Shown here one piece after another: positions 23,565 through 37,300 of a DNA stretch of 64,000 nucleotides; the stretch's first letter is position 1; each line of letters begins with the position of its first letter. The DNA is from Entomortierella parvispora E1425 (lineage: Eukaryota; Fungi; Mortierellomycota). The stretch spans positions 1,674,001 to 1,738,000 of the forward strand of contig BQFW01000009.1 of NCBI GenBank assembly GCA_020891255.1. The letters are read 5' to 3'. Position numbers and translations under genes: made by a program. The notes under the pieces are model-generated. The model worked only from the letters and a program-made list of their open reading frames with translations. It did no database searches and had not been told where the DNA came from.

Positions 23565-25138
23565 CTATGGGTTGACCTCCCATTCCGAATCCAATGAATC
23601 TACATCAGGCTCCTGGTCCTGCAAGGCGTAGGCAAGTTCAGCGATAAGTCTGCCCACATTGCTGCTATAGGTGACGATGAATTTCTGACAATGTGCAGCA
23701 GATTGAACGTCGAGAATGAAGTTGATCTCCTGCTGCTCCTTTGTGATGCCCGCCTCCATGTCCGCCACCCAGCCTTGGTTCGTCCTGGGCACATCCCTGT
23801 AATGAAATTTGAAATCCGGAAAGTCCTTGGTCGATTGGATGACATTTTCGTCGTCGGTCATGAGGTAAATGTCCGAGATTCCTGTCTTTGCCTTGTATTT
23901 CTTTGCCTTCTCCATGTACGCTGGCAAATCGAGCAGCTCTGCCTCCTTGCGCTTGTCAGAGTGTCGTACGTGGATGGCGATACAGGGTGTAGGAAACTTT
24001 GGAGACTCTCTGATGAGTTGTCGCATCTGGGCGTTTGGGCGAGTCACGTAGTACGTCAACATGGATCGCCACCAAAAGAGTCCTTTCGAATGGTACCTAT
24101 CCTTGATGATCGTCTTGTTCGTCATGATATCCCATACATCCCACCCAGGAGACCTGAAATTAACTGTGGAGCTGTCCCACAGCGTATAATTGGTCTCTGG
24201 AGGGTGTGCAACAAAGACACTTTCCATGATTTCTGATGTGCAGGTCGTCATGTTGATGAAGTTCTTTGGCTGTTCTGGTGTAAGAAGAGTCATGTCGTGA
24301 TAGAGGCCCAATGCAAGGCCCAAACTGAGAGAATGCCAATTACTCCCTTTTGAAGACAACAAAATAAATCCAGAAAAAAAGTCAGTAGTTGACACGATCC
24401 GAACACCTCCTGATAGCTCATCCAATGCAATCAGCACTCAACTTACCAAAGCCGTTGGGATTGACGGCGCCTACGATATTGGAAAAGAGGAGACAGAAAG
24501 ATGAACAAATCGAACAAACAAAAAAAAGGGGAAAAAAATATCCAAGGGACCTCACGCAGGGGACAGACTTTACCTGAAAAGAACCGCTCGCATCGGTTTT
24601 GCAGTTGATCCAGGTCATGTTGAATCGAAGCTCTGTCCCTGTCCGTGTACGTGGTCAGTCTCTCATAGCCTTTTACACCAAAGGCATCGATCATCCAGTG
24701 AGACTTTTTTTGTACAAAGCTATCCAGCTCTGCACCATAGTTGTCCCCTTCAAGGACCATTGTGTGCCCATGGTCGCTCATAACTTCCAGGGATTGACGA
24801 GGGGCGACAACCAAGTCATAAACCCGGTCCCGACAATGGCCCACAGAAGCCTCTAGCGTCCCGCACACGGCGACAAGGCTGGAAATATTGACTTCAGAAT
24901 GGATGCAAACATCCTCTGCAGTTGTTGGTATGGGGCAGTTGGGCCATTTTATCGACCACTTGGATTCGAAGGGACTGTTTCGGGTGGAGCTCATAGGTAT
25001 CATATACGAAACCAAAAGAAACATTGAGAGAACACCAGTGAGGACCAGTCCCCATCTGACTGTTCGATGAGGATTGTTGTTTATCTGCTTAATGAAGGAA
25101 GGTAGGGCCATCCCTGAGCTTGTCCGATTGCCAAGCAT
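23565..25138 (-). CDS. GT23 / FUT8-like alpha-1,6-fucosyltransferase, paralog 2
   Basis: Same 3-exon structure as paralog 1, with a 24-nt exon at 24470-24447 (GAVNPNGFG). Motifs IAIHVRHSDK and TYSSNVGRLIAEL are present, and similarity to paralog 1 is high throughout. Confidence 0.8.
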
Positions 25139-25708
25139 ATTTTAAGAGACAGTGTGGGTATCAAAGGAGAGCGGAGGGAGGAGGTGGAGAGGCTCAAGCC
25201 GTGCACTCTGGAGGTGAAGTATGTCGAGAAGGCTCTGATCGGATGGGACCCTGAAGGTTTGCTGAGGAAGGAAAGAAAAGCAGGTGCGACTGAGGAAAGT
25301 GGGACGAGAAGGATGAGGAGACTGCAGCTGTCGAGCTGGAAAGACAGAAAGGAAGGAGGGAAGGGGAAATGGCCAAAGAAGGCTGAGGAGATGGGATGGA
25401 TGGGGCGAAATATTATCGTGCCACGTTGATTGAAAAAAAAAAGAAAAAAAAAAAAAAAAAAAAAAAAGAGAGCTGATTTACCGAGAAAACAGAGAGAGAG
25501 ACTGTGGGCTGTGGAAGATTGATGTTCCCGCCGCCTGCTCTTGCATGGGATGGTGCCACGGTTTTATTCTTGTTACTCCTTTCTCTCTTCGCTTCCTGCT
25601 CATGGCGCTTCCTTCTTCTTCCATCCACCTCTACGCCCCACGTTCATTCGTCATCCCCTTGCTTCTTCGGTCCCTACTTCCCTTTCCTTCGCTCCTCCCG
25701 TCTTTCTT

Positions 25709-26844
25709 TCAAACACGAACCATTGGGACGTCGTCGTTATGAGGGGCCCAGGACCCATCCTGACCGTCGTTCATCGTGTAGCCCTGTGAGCGAACCTGAG
25801 CTGCAATCTCCTCAAAAACAACTGGTGGCCAGACAAAGGCCCAAACACCAATAGCAAGCACAAGAGGCACTGCATCCAACACAAACAGGAACACTGAAAA
25901 GTCCAAAGAAATCGTACTCTGTTAGCCATTGATCTCTTGAATCATGTGCAGGTTTACCTTCCTCTCTTACAGTACCTTCTTTGCTAATCAGATATCCGTT
26001 ATGGCCTTGAACATACTCGACAACACGGTAAACAGAACGGATCTATAGATAAGAACCGAAGAGAACTCACTTGGATCAGTTGGCCGACAAAAAAAAAGAA
26101 AACACCCTTTTCGACACGATACATCCCATCCAAAGGAAGGAGGACACTTACGATGATGAACAGCGACGAAAAGTAAAGGCAGCCAACCACAAGAGCAGCG
26201 CTTCTTTTAAGTTTGGTATTGTTTTCTGCAGACGCGGACAAGTTTGTTTTGTTCCATTCAGCAGAAAGACGCGAGAACGCGACCGAGAGCAAGACCGTAA
26301 ACATAACGTAGGTGACACCCTGGCCTGCGACTCCGGCAATGTACAATTTGTCGCCGACATTGGCGAGATCTGGATTATCGTCCCCTGCACCGCCCAGCAT
26401 GCTTCCGGCTGTGACCTGGATCAGAAACGTGCAAATATCGGAGATGATAAAAGTGCGACCGACGATCCGAGGAGGGATAAAGGAGAAGCGAGACCTCTCC
26501 TTCTTGGACTTGGTTTCATAGGAGCTGAGTTCCGGATCAACGGCCGCAATAAATCGGCCGTATAGCATGTAGTTGAATGCCAAAAAAGAGGAAGGCGTGG
26601 CAATGATCAGGATGTTCTGGATGATGAAGAGTCCTAGACTCGTATTCTCGCGTTCGATACCAAGTCTGCAAAAGAAGCCAATTGAGGATGCAATGGCTCC
26701 CATGGGCAGACAGATGGCCCACTTGTTCTTGTTTTGGTAGATCTTCAGGAAGAAGGTGGCACTTAGGATCGCATAGATCGCACCAACGACAGAGTTAGCC
26801 ACGACGTTGGGGGTGTAGTCGATAATATCGTCGTTGCCTGCCAT
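25709..26844 (-). CDS. RTA1-like (lipid-translocating exporter family) multipass membrane protein
   Basis: Multiple TM segments; IIATPSSFLAFNYMLYGRFI; FIISDICTFLIQVTAG; C-terminal exon FLFVLDAVPLVLAIGVWAFVWPP. Two introns near 26150-26070 and 26000-25905. Confidence 0.85.
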
Positions 26845-27339
26845 TGTGAGTTGAAACAGAAGAGACTTGGGCGGGAAAGGGATGAGGGGATGATGCAATT
26901 GCTGCTGTCTTTGACGCCTATGAGAGTGGGGAGAGGAGCGATGGTTCTTCGGATGATGAAAACCGTGGGTCAATTGAGGACTATTTAAGCAAATGGCGGA
27001 AAGAGCTACTTTTCACCGAAGGGATCATCTCTCCCATAGAAAGATGTCGGCTGTTTCGCCTCGTACGTGTGGTATGTCTGGCAGTTGCAATGGAAACAGC
27101 AAGGTGTCACCCCTTAGGCTTTCTTTCGGTAATTTTCCGCAGTTGGCATTACATCTTCTGGCTGTAGGATGAAATTTTCCTGGTGAGTTGCTGTCACTTT
27201 TTTTTTTAATGTTCTTTCCACGCGCAGCACTCAAATGTAAATAAGAAGGGCTGCAGTGAAGACTAATTGGAAAAAAAGGGACTTGGCATCGCTGAAGGTG
27301 CATGACAGGGGAAGGGGAATGTAAGGATCATGTCCAACT

Positions 27340-29714
27340 TTAGCGATCAGGGTTCATTACCCGGAGCTGTGGTTGTGTTGGGTCATCCAGACCTCGGAAA
27401 CTCGCAAGGCTGCCTGAGTGGACTTGGCGATGTTTGGTAGGACGCCGCTCCGACGGGCCAGGCATAGGCTGTACTGTGTCATAACTCTCCCCGTGGTTCA
27501 TCGCCGCGTCTCCTTCCAATAGGGTCATATCCGTTTCCAATTGCTGTTGTCTGATGGCTTTGACATATGGACTCGAAAGACGGCGAAGCTGTTCTTTTAG
27601 CCCACCAGCCATGCTCCCAGGCTCTCGCTGTGTTCCTCCATTGACTGCATTCGCCGTGGCAGAGGGTGTTTCCGTATCAACACTTGCTGTGTCGCTTTCT
27701 TCCAACACATGGGGGGTAAAGCTCACAGACGGCTCTTCATTCCCAAAGCTATAAGTGCGCCTATACTCTGAAGGAATGGGTCGATGGCGGCCTTTGGACA
27801 GAGGCTCCTGGGTGGGAGAGGGACCTGAGGAATTTGAGACTGGATGGTCATATCCCTGGTTTGGCAATTGGTCTCGATCGGCTGGATGATCAAACGGCGA
27901 GGCATGTGGGACGGGTCTGGATGGATTTTGTTCTGGGCGAAGTGTGAGAGGACGGAGTTGAGAAGGGGTGTTGAAGGCTGTCAGGGCAGGTCGTTGAACT
28001 GCGGACCGAAATACTGGAACGGTGACCTCCGAGCAGATGTCATCGTCCTCCAGCTGTGCCAGCTGGGCGTCCTGATCTCCTTCACTCTCGCCGAAATATT
28101 CCATATAACGGTCCGAGTACTTTGGAGTATGAGAATAACCTGAATGGCGACGCGAGAAATCCGCAGGACTTCCTAGACTGTGGCCGCTATAGCTGTGCCG
28201 ACCCATTGCCCCACGTGCCCCACGGATGGGCGCCGGCACCATCACAGAGTGAGAGAATGAATCTTGTCCATGAGAACTGTGTTGACCGCCTCTGAAAAGA
28301 CTAGACCTCCTGTCCATGATCATATCGCTGTTTGTATCGCTGATAGAATCCAAGTCATCCGGTGAGTGCATGTGTCCATAGTCTTGACTGGAGAAACGAC
28401 TTTGAGATGGATGATTGAAGGGGTCTGGATCTGCGCCGGTCCGGGAACCTGATCCAAAGACAGACTCTACCCAGGCCGCACGCACCCGCTCTCGTTTCCG
28501 TTTGCGCCCAAGGTATACTAAAAAGGCACCGATACCAACGAGACAAATGGCTGCCACAACGGTCGATGCTACTGGGAATCCATGGGCACCGCTCTTCTCG
28601 GCGGTGTCTATAAAAAAAAGGGCCCACTCTTTGTCAGTAAGCAGTATTTAATACCTTTGTGGTTACCAATTTGAGCTCAATTTTTTTTACCTTCAGAAGC
28701 ATGTCCTGCCAAGGCTTTCCCACTGCCAGGTTTGATACCCTGATCTGATATATCGTCTTCCTCCTCACCTCCGTTATCGCCGTCCTCATCATCATCATCC
28801 TCGCCTTCATTCTCATCTTCTTCATCTTTGTCGTCATCGCCATCATCTAAAACAAACAAACAATTAGAAAAATAAATATCGGATAAACTGTTCAATTGAA
28901 GTTTGGAAACAGGAAGGCTTTTCAATCTCTTGCAGCAGGATATCTTACCTTCGTCGCCGTCGTCGTCGTCGTCGTCTTTTTCTTTTTTTTCTTCATCCTC
29001 AGAGGGTTTATCCTGTCTCTCCTCAGGCTGAACTCCTGTTGAGGTGATTTTGGTGACGGTATCAGGCGAGGGTGGACTAACAGGGTCAGGCACAGGAGTC
29101 GGAACAGGGACTGGGATCTGATTCTCCGCAAGGGTGCTGCCGATCAGGATCACATTCGCGTAAACTGGATCTTCAGCTCCTTTTCCTGTCTGGGGTTGGT
29201 TGCTTGGCTTTTGTTGACCTGCTTCAGTACGGTCCAATGGCAGTGGAGAGCCGCACATTTCCAGAGGGTAGCCTGCGCAGGGCTTTGTACATTTACTTTC
29301 TTCCACCTTTGTTTCTTCCTGTGGTCGTACGTTTGAGCAGTAGCAAGAGGTTCCGCCTAGAGCGAACGCGTAGATGTACTGATTTGCTTTGCAGTAAGCT
29401 GAGCAAGCTCCATGGGACATGTAGATGTCTGTGAACAAAGGGGAATAGCCTGGAGGCATGGATGTTGTGAGAGAAAGCGACGATGCGAAGGATGGAAAGC
29501 AGCCGAGGTCGAGCTGAGCATGGACTTGTGACGAAAAGAGAGAAGCTGCAAGAAGGAACATGGACAGAGAACAACCGCTACTCCTACAGTGCCTTTGTTG
29601 AGCCCACTTGCAGTGTCGGTGACAAGCCCCTTGACAAAGATCGTGCCTATCGATCAAGAGGATGCCACCAGGGGACCGCTGGCGAAGCGAGGTAGGCCCA
29701 GAGAGCGACTGCAT
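27340..29714 (-). CDS. WSC-domain single-pass membrane protein (Wsc1/Slg1-like cell-wall sensor)
   Basis: LGCF...MSHGACSAYCKANQYIYAFALGGTSCYCSN...KCTKPCAGYPLEMCG is a WSC domain. It is followed by an acidic linker, TM segment VVAAICLVGIGAFLVYLG, basic RKRKR and a long disordered tail. Three exons; the start codon is uncertain. Confidence 0.8.
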
Positions 29715-30042
29715 GTTGAACCGTATATAGTTTTGGCCCCGAGAATATTTAGTTCTGTTGCCCTAGCCGTTGCAAAAAGAAGAAGGTGTATAATAGACCA
29801 AAAGTGCGGGACAAGCGGGAGAAGGGGAGAGGACGAGTTGGAGGAGGGTCGTTCAGGTGCTGTGCACAGAGATAGTGGATTTGGACGAATGGAGCAGGTG
29901 CGTGAGCGGGAGAGCGAGGACGAAGGGTGCAAAGGAGATCAAAAGGGAGGCCACGCCAAGGAAGGTAACGATGAGGCGTCTGTCGACCCCAGAGGGTGCA
30001 AACTGGAATTTGAATTGACCCTGAAGGGACGAGGTGACAAAG

Positions 30043-30138
30043 GGAAATCGACGCGAAGCCGTGGGCGCGTCGATTTCCTCTTTCGATTCCTGTGCGGACC
30101 GAATGGCCGAATGCGTCGATCACGTGATCATTTCGGCC
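30043..30138. promoter_or_regulatory. Two adjacent inverted repeats in the divergent WSC/KH intergenic region, one centred on an E-box (CACGTG)
   Basis: GGAAATCGACGCG (30043-30055), a 10-nt loop, then CGCGTCGATTTCC (30066-30078). GATCACGTGATC (30118-30129) is flanked by GGCCGAA/TTCGGCC. Confidence 0.5.
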
Positions 30139-30245
30139 TGTTTGGTTTCATTACGACCTTCGAGATCATCCCCTTGCGCAGATTAATCTAAATCGACTCC
30201 GCCCCTCATTCCTTCTGTCCACCCCACCTCCATCATCACTCCATC

Positions 30246-32328
30246 ATGTCGGACGAATCAAGGTACTAATGGGAACCAGCAGTGTCCATCTTTCATGTGT
30301 CACAAATGACTAATCACCTTTCCTGCCAATGTAGACGCAAGCGCAAATGGGACAACCCTGGCGAGGATGAAACAGCTGCCAAGAGAACCATGCACGGAGA
30401 CGATGCGTCTCCAAATCAGGAGACTGGGCAAAACAATACCGGGACAGCCGCGGCTGCTTTGGCTCTGGCCACTGCTCGACTGAATGCTCAGCTGGTTGCT
30501 AGTGGATTGGCTGCCTCTGGACCCGATGGCGCGGATGGAGATGCCGCTTCGGCCAAAAAGAACGAGCCCTCAAGCGGCTTTGTTCCCACAAAAGAGCGGG
30601 ATGAATTTGTGGTCGATATCGATATCAACGACGTGCAGCACCGTCATATTCTTACTAGGGGCTCCTTCCAGACCCAGGTACGACCTATGCTCAAGCTCGT
30701 TTGTCGGACATTGTCGGAAAAAACTGCCCTTTACTGACAAACTCTGCCTGTAGATCCAACGGGAGACCAATGCGGATGTGACAACCCGAGGAAAATACTA
30801 CCCAGATCGAAGCTTGGCAACAGAGAAGGACCCACCACTGTACCTCCATGTCGCAGCTTTGGCGCAGGAAGAATTGGATATGGCAGTGGCAAAGATCAAC
30901 GAATTAATTGCAGAACCACCAGAACAGCAAGCACCTCAGCGTGATTCCCACCCCCAGCGTGACTATCCTCCTCGAGACTCGTATCCCCCATCCTCCCGAC
31001 CCTTTGGTGGACCTTCGGTATGTTATTTTCTTAGAAACTCTCTTCATCCTCTCATTCGTTTCTGCTTCTGACATGTTTCTTTTTTTTTCTGGACTTATAG
31101 CGAGGCCAGTCATTCCATGCAAAGGTTGCTATTCCCATCGAATCCGAGAGAATGTTCAACGTGAGAGCAAAGATTGTTGGTCCTGGAGTAAGTGCATCTC
31201 GGCCATGTCTTTTTTGTGTGCGATCTATCCCCCTCGAACCCCATGTTAACCGCCTGTCTACTTCTTCTCATAGGGTCAATATGTTAAGCATGTTCAGAAC
31301 GAATCTAGAACGAGGGTGCAGCTCAAAGGTCAAGGTTCTGGATTCCTGGAGGTGGAAACTGGTCGGGAATCTGACGAACCACTCTACATCAACATTCTGT
31401 AAGCAGTGGTTGCTTGATTGTTATTGGTAATGCTGATGTTGCCCAGAGCTAACGCCGACTTTCACTTTCATAGTGGGCATTCTCAAGAGGACGTGGATCA
31501 TGCTGAGAGTCTGTGTCAAGATCTCATCAATACTGTCAAACGCGAGCATGAAGAGTGGAAGAGTCGACCCCCACCCCCACCACAAGATTCGTATGGACAT
31601 CGGTCATATGGCGGAAGATCTGTAAGTAACTGGGATCTGCAATCCCGAAGCACAGATGGGGGGCTTTCTTCTAACTGACGATTCTTGACGAAATAATCTA
31701 GAACTATCATCACGGCGGAAGCCAGCATCAGCATTATCCACGCCATCAAGGACAACAGTACCCACCGCACTCATCGCAGCACTATAATTATGGCCAGCAG
31801 CAGTATGCACCAACCTCACAGCCTCCACCTCCTCCACCACTACCCCCAGGATCAGCAGCGCCACCACCCAACCCTCCACTGCCTACTGGGCCTCCCCCTC
31901 CCCCTGCACCGCATGCTTCTCATCCAGGTGCGGGAGCAACGCTAGAGGCAACTGCAGCCACATCGCAAGCACCAAGCGGTGAAGCTGCAGCCGCTGATCC
32001 AGCTGCAGCATACAGCTACGACCAGTACGAAGCCTATAACCAATACTACTACCAGCAGCAATACTACCAGCAATACGGACAGTACTATTACGGAACGGAT
32101 GCCGCAGCGGGCGCGCAGGCTCCTGCCTCGTCTGATCCCGCTCTTGCCTACTATGGATATGCTTACGCACCTCCTCCACCACCTCCAGAGACTTCAGGGG
32201 CGGAGACTACGCCTGTTCTAGAATCCTCGGCTCCGCCGCCTCCACCTTCCGCTGACTCTGGTGTACCGCCACCACCAACAAGTACCGATGCAAGCAACGA
32301 ATCTGGCGCTCCACAATCTACTAACTGA
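30246..32328 (+). CDS. KH-domain protein, KHDC4/BLOM7 (KIAA0907)-like
   Basis: RKRKWD; DIDINDVQHRHILTRG; VTTRGKYYPDRSLATEKDPPLYLHV; FNVRAKIVGPG; RVQLKGQGSGFLEVETGRESDEPLYINI; Pro/Tyr/Gln-rich tail. Several introns. Confidence 0.85.
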
Positions 32329-33105
32329 CAAGCGTCGGGCATGATATTTTCATTGTAATGCGTTGAGCTCATTGTGTGGGACATTAACAGATTTTGCATC
32401 CCTCTTCGCATCTTCCGCCAAAGCGAAAAGAAATACATTGACACCCAAGGCATACACACCCGACGCGCCACTCGAGCATGTCAACAAAGGTATTCGCTCC
32501 TGTTCAGCTAAACGTTCACACGTCTCACGTCTGTCTCAACTAATCACGTAACGCAGCCATGAAACAAATAAATCACCCGTTCCCATGTTTTTCACTTCTC
32601 TCAACGTACTGCCCGTGTTTTGCTTTGGTTGCCTCGGCCACACTCTGGGTCAGCAGCCGGACTTGCTGCATGTACCTCGCACTAAGTGATTTGTTTTCCC
32701 GACATTATTGTCCTCCCTCCACAGTCTGAGAGTGAATAGGAATCTCCGGCAGTGGAGGGGAGCTGTGGAGGGCGTAAGAAGAGATGATTTCAGAGTTAAT
32801 GCTCTGGGCCAAGATGGAGAGAACTGTGGACGGATAGAGTTTCTGGGTTTCCTCAACGGCGCAATTGGGTATCTGCGCTGAAGTGCTCTCAGCAGAGTGA
32901 TGTGGATCCAAAGGACGGAACGGCTGAGAGCGTTTTACGATATGGGGGGGGGGGGGCTATAAGGCTTTGGAGAATCCTTCGATGGAACATCCTTGTGAAT
33001 TCTGCTTTGTCAAAGAAGAGACCTCGGGCACATGCTACAACAGCCTCGGATTGTGTTTTTCAGCTAACCGCTCTCCTGATTTTTTCTGTCTCGTCTCTTT
33101 TGCTG

Positions 33106-33120
33106 TGATGATGATGATGA

Positions 33121-33154
<34 letters not shown>

Positions 33155-33155
33155 G
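33106..33155. repeat. Compound (TGA)n(TGT)n microsatellite
   Basis: Directly visible trinucleotide runs. Confidence 0.95.
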
Positions 33156-34340
33156 CTTTGTTGCTGTTTCCTGCAGGTGCTGTTGTTTACGCCCTCGTAT
33201 CACGCGTTTTGTGTGACAGATCGACAACCCGCAGAATTACCGAGGCTCGATTCAGTTGCCATGTCAATGTAGTCGCACGCAGAGAAGTTCAAGAGACGAT
33301 GCAAGAACAAAACCTCGCTGCATGTTGACAGCATCTGGCCGATGCGCGCGTGCACTTTGCAGCTTGTGTAGCCCCAGCAGAGAATGAGAAATCAAAAAAG
33401 AGCAATAGAGGCCCCCCTTCCCCCGTTGCGCGTCAGCAAGTTAGCACATGCCTCTAGGGTAAGATTGTTTCTGTGGAGGAACCATGTTGTACAGCACAAA
33501 AGGTGGCATGATGCCGATAATAATAACAATATCGTTTTTGTTTACGCAGCGGTATACAACTCCGGCAGACCGATTGTATTGTAGCTCCTGCGCCTACCAG
33601 CTCGGTCTCTTCTCTCTCTCTCTCTTTCTTGCTCTGAACCCAAACCGAGGCCGAGGCATACAGAGTTTTCTTCCGCCCGAGGACATCCAATTCCAGGTAC
33701 AAAGACCATTGACCGCCCAGGTTACCTGAGAGACACTGAAAGAGGAGGATGAACTCTATGGGTGTTATACTCTGACTCGCGCTGCTCTCCTCTTCCTCTT
33801 CTTCTGCTGGTGCCTTCTTCCCCCTCCACTATTTGCTCACCCGTTTTCTCCACTTCAAGACTGGGTCGACTATGTACTGCTGTACCCGGGGTGCAGAGGG
33901 TGAGGACTCAAACGATAAAACTAAAAACTCCAGCAGCAATACAGTTCATGATCGGTAAAGGCGAATGCCAAATGTTCATGTTCAACTGAGAGCATCTCTA
34001 CAGCTCCAAGTCGGTCCTCCAACCACAGCTGATCGCGACGACTCTTCATACTGCCGCACTCGACCTTCTTCTCCCATCGTGTCGACTGTCCCCCGATCAC
34101 TGCAGGGCCGACTTTCCTATAAAGTCCGTTTGGTTCCCGCCGTATTGATGTTTTCTCTCTCGTTTTGGCCTTCGTTCACCCTCGCCTTCTCTTTCCGACC
34201 GTGTCCCCCCTCCTCGTCCCTGTCCAGTCCACATCCACAGAGACCCCGTCCTTGTCTTCGTCTGACATTCATCCTTCATACCTGCTCTCCTCCCATCTTC
34301 TCTCTTCTCTCCATCACCACCAACCCTCCCCTCTACTCTA

Positions 34341-37300
34341 ATGACTCAGAACGACGCCGCTGCCATGGCGAGCAGCGATCTCCCTTACAGGCCGGAGGAG
34401 ACTGACTATGATGAGTTTGACAAGCACGATGAAGTTGTCAAGCCCAGAGCTGCTCCTTTCTACAAGCGCAAGCGCTTTTGGATCTTTTGTGCGGTCATCA
34501 CCGTTGTCTTGGTTGCCATCTTGGTGCCCGTTATCCTGTTCTTGATTCTCCCCAAGGTTGCTCAAAAGATTGTCAACAACTCGAGCCTTTCCTTTCAGAA
34601 CATTGTTATCACTGAGCCAACAAACACCGTAAGTCCCTCTTTTGTCCCTGTTGACTTTGTTTGCCCTTATTCCAGCTTTTACGGGCACCTTCCTTGTGTA
34701 ATGTTGGTGATTGACGCGTTCAATTCATTTGCTGCTACCAATAACAGACGATGACCATGGAGTTGAAGGGTTCTCTCGGCAACGCCGGTCCTTTCCATGC
34801 CACTGTCTCGTACCCCGAGACCATCAAGGTCTTCTACAACGGCACTCTTCTCGGTGAAATGGATCCTCTTCCTGACACCAAGGCCTCTGGTGGATCTGGT
34901 ACCGTCGAGGGCAAGTCCCGCTTCACTATTGCTGATGAGGCTGCTTTCTCTGCCTTCTCCAAGAACATGGTAAGAAACTGGCGAACTGCTTGCAATTGTG
35001 CCCTCATCCTTACGGACGCTTCTCTGACTCCATTGCGACTCTTTTTTTTTTTTTTTTTTTTTTTTTTTGAAAAGCTTGGTGACAAGAGCTTTACCTGGTC
35101 TCTTCAATCCACTGTCACGATCCGTGCCATGGGTCGCACCATCGAGAACTTGAAGCTCAACAAGGAGATCTCCCTGCTCGGTATGAACGGTTTCCCTGAG
35201 GTTGAGATCCTCTCCTTCAACCTTCCCTCGGACGCACCCAACGGTCAGGGTATCAACTTGGAGATGTCGACCGCTATGCACAACCCCTCTCCCATCGGTA
35301 TCGCCCTCGGAACAATTGTCCTCGACATTTCGTTCCAGGGCACTCGTCTCGGTCAGGTCCGTGCCAACGGTGCTTCTCTTCAGGGTGGCTCTCAGTCGAT
35401 CCTCAACTTGACTGGTATCATGGAGCCCCAGACCACCCCCGAGGGTCTTGAAAAGGTCAGCAGCCTCTTCTCAGCCTACATTGCCGGCATTGCCTGTGAT
35501 ACCACCGCCAAGGGTGTTTCTGTACTCCCCAACGGTTTGGACCGTGTCTCTTGGTTGTCTGCTGGCCTTGAGGCCATGGTCCTCAACGTCAAGTTGCAGT
35601 CGCCTATCCCTTTGAACATCATTCGTTCCACTGAGCTTGGCCCTATGGGTATGAACTGGACCAACACCGATGCCTATGCTCCCCTTGCTACCTCGCCCCA
35701 GGTTATCGCCGGTTTCCAAATGCCTTTTGGTTTCTCTCTCAACGTCTCTCAGGTTCAGAACAACATGACCGTTGTCTACCAGAATAAGACTCTTGCCACT
35801 GTCAACGCTTTGGACTGGGGTTTGGCCACGACAGTGAAGGACGGAGATAGCTCCGCGATCCACTTTGCTCTTCCCCCTACTCCTTTCAATATCGGTCAGG
35901 ATGCTCACGCCGACTTTGATGCCTTCGTCAAGGACCTTACTATCAAGAACGCCCAGGGCTTCCAGGTCGAGGGTGTTGCTGGTACCGTTGCCCAGACCCC
36001 CATTGGTGAGGTTCGCATCACCGGTATCCCCTTCAAGTCTGATGTCTCTCTCACAGGTCTCCAGGGCCTTGCCACCGAGCCCACTGTTATCCACAACTTG
36101 ACTGTCATTGGCGGTATCCCTCAGGGTCTCCAGATTGCCTTGGATATGACCATGGTGAACCCCTCCTCTTTGACCATCGCTACCGGCCCCGGCTCCCAGG
36201 GCTTGGTTACTTTTGACATGATCTACCAGGGTGACAACGTCGGTAGTGTTCTCCTCGAGGACTTGACTTTGGTTCCTGGACCAAACCGTCGCAACGCTGG
36301 CGCTCTCTTCACCCCCTCGAGCAGCGCTGGTGGGCAGGCCCTCTTGCAGTCCTACATGACTAACCAGATCAGCGTTGTTGATGTCCAGGGATCCATCTCT
36401 TCCTCGGCCATTGCTCCTCTTGCCAACGGTCTCAAGGAGATCCACATCCAGTCCAACATGCCCGGAAACCCTGCCCAGCTCCTCCTCGGAACCAGCCTGA
36501 CCATTCTCAGCGAGACCACTTCAAACGGCGTTGCCATGACCTCGGTCGTTGTCAACAACCCCTTCCTTCCTCAATTGACCATCAAGGCCATCAAATCTTC
36601 TGTTAAGTACCACAACGCCACCCTCGGTGCCATTGATATCCCTGACATGACCTTTGTTGTTCCCAGCATGTCCTCTGCCACAAGCACGTAAGTTGCATGA
36701 GACGTACTTGTCTATTATCTTGATCATCTTCAAGTCTATCCTTTGCTAACATCCTTTTGCTCTTCATAGCCCTCTCCCCATCACCATGGATTTGTCCATT
36801 CCATCTTTGCTTGGACTTATCATCACCCAGGCTCAGCTCAATGGCATGAACCCTGCCCCCATCACGGCCTTGGGCCAGATGGTCGCTGACCCCACCTTCA
36901 AGCCTGATGCTGCCCTCTTCGCAAACTTCAACCTTCCTGCCTTTGTCAAGGCGGCCATGGTTGGACTAAAGGTTGATGTTGAGATGAGCGTCAATGTCCT
37001 TGTCGGCGAGTACGCCACCTCAATGACTTTGGCCCAGAACACTGTTCCCACAGCCACGGATGACACCATCTTGATGCTCCTCCCTATTGTCGGAACCCCT
37101 CTTGCTCAGGCCATTGTTGATAAGTCCATCTTGGCCTTTGACAGCATCATGATCAACAGCCCTGCCGAGACTAGCTTCAGCACCAACATCAACGGCCTCA
37201 TCTCCGAGACTGGTCCCTTTGACTCCCAGATTGCCTTCCCCGCAGGCTCTACCGTCTCTTGGGTCAACGGCGATGTCATCCGCCCCATTGGTCAGATTGC

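Noticed and set aside
32329-34340. ORFs with poly-Leu/poly-Met in the 2-kb intergenic region
   Set aside because: They are produced by the (TGA)n(TGT)n microsatellite and pyrimidine-rich UTR sequence.
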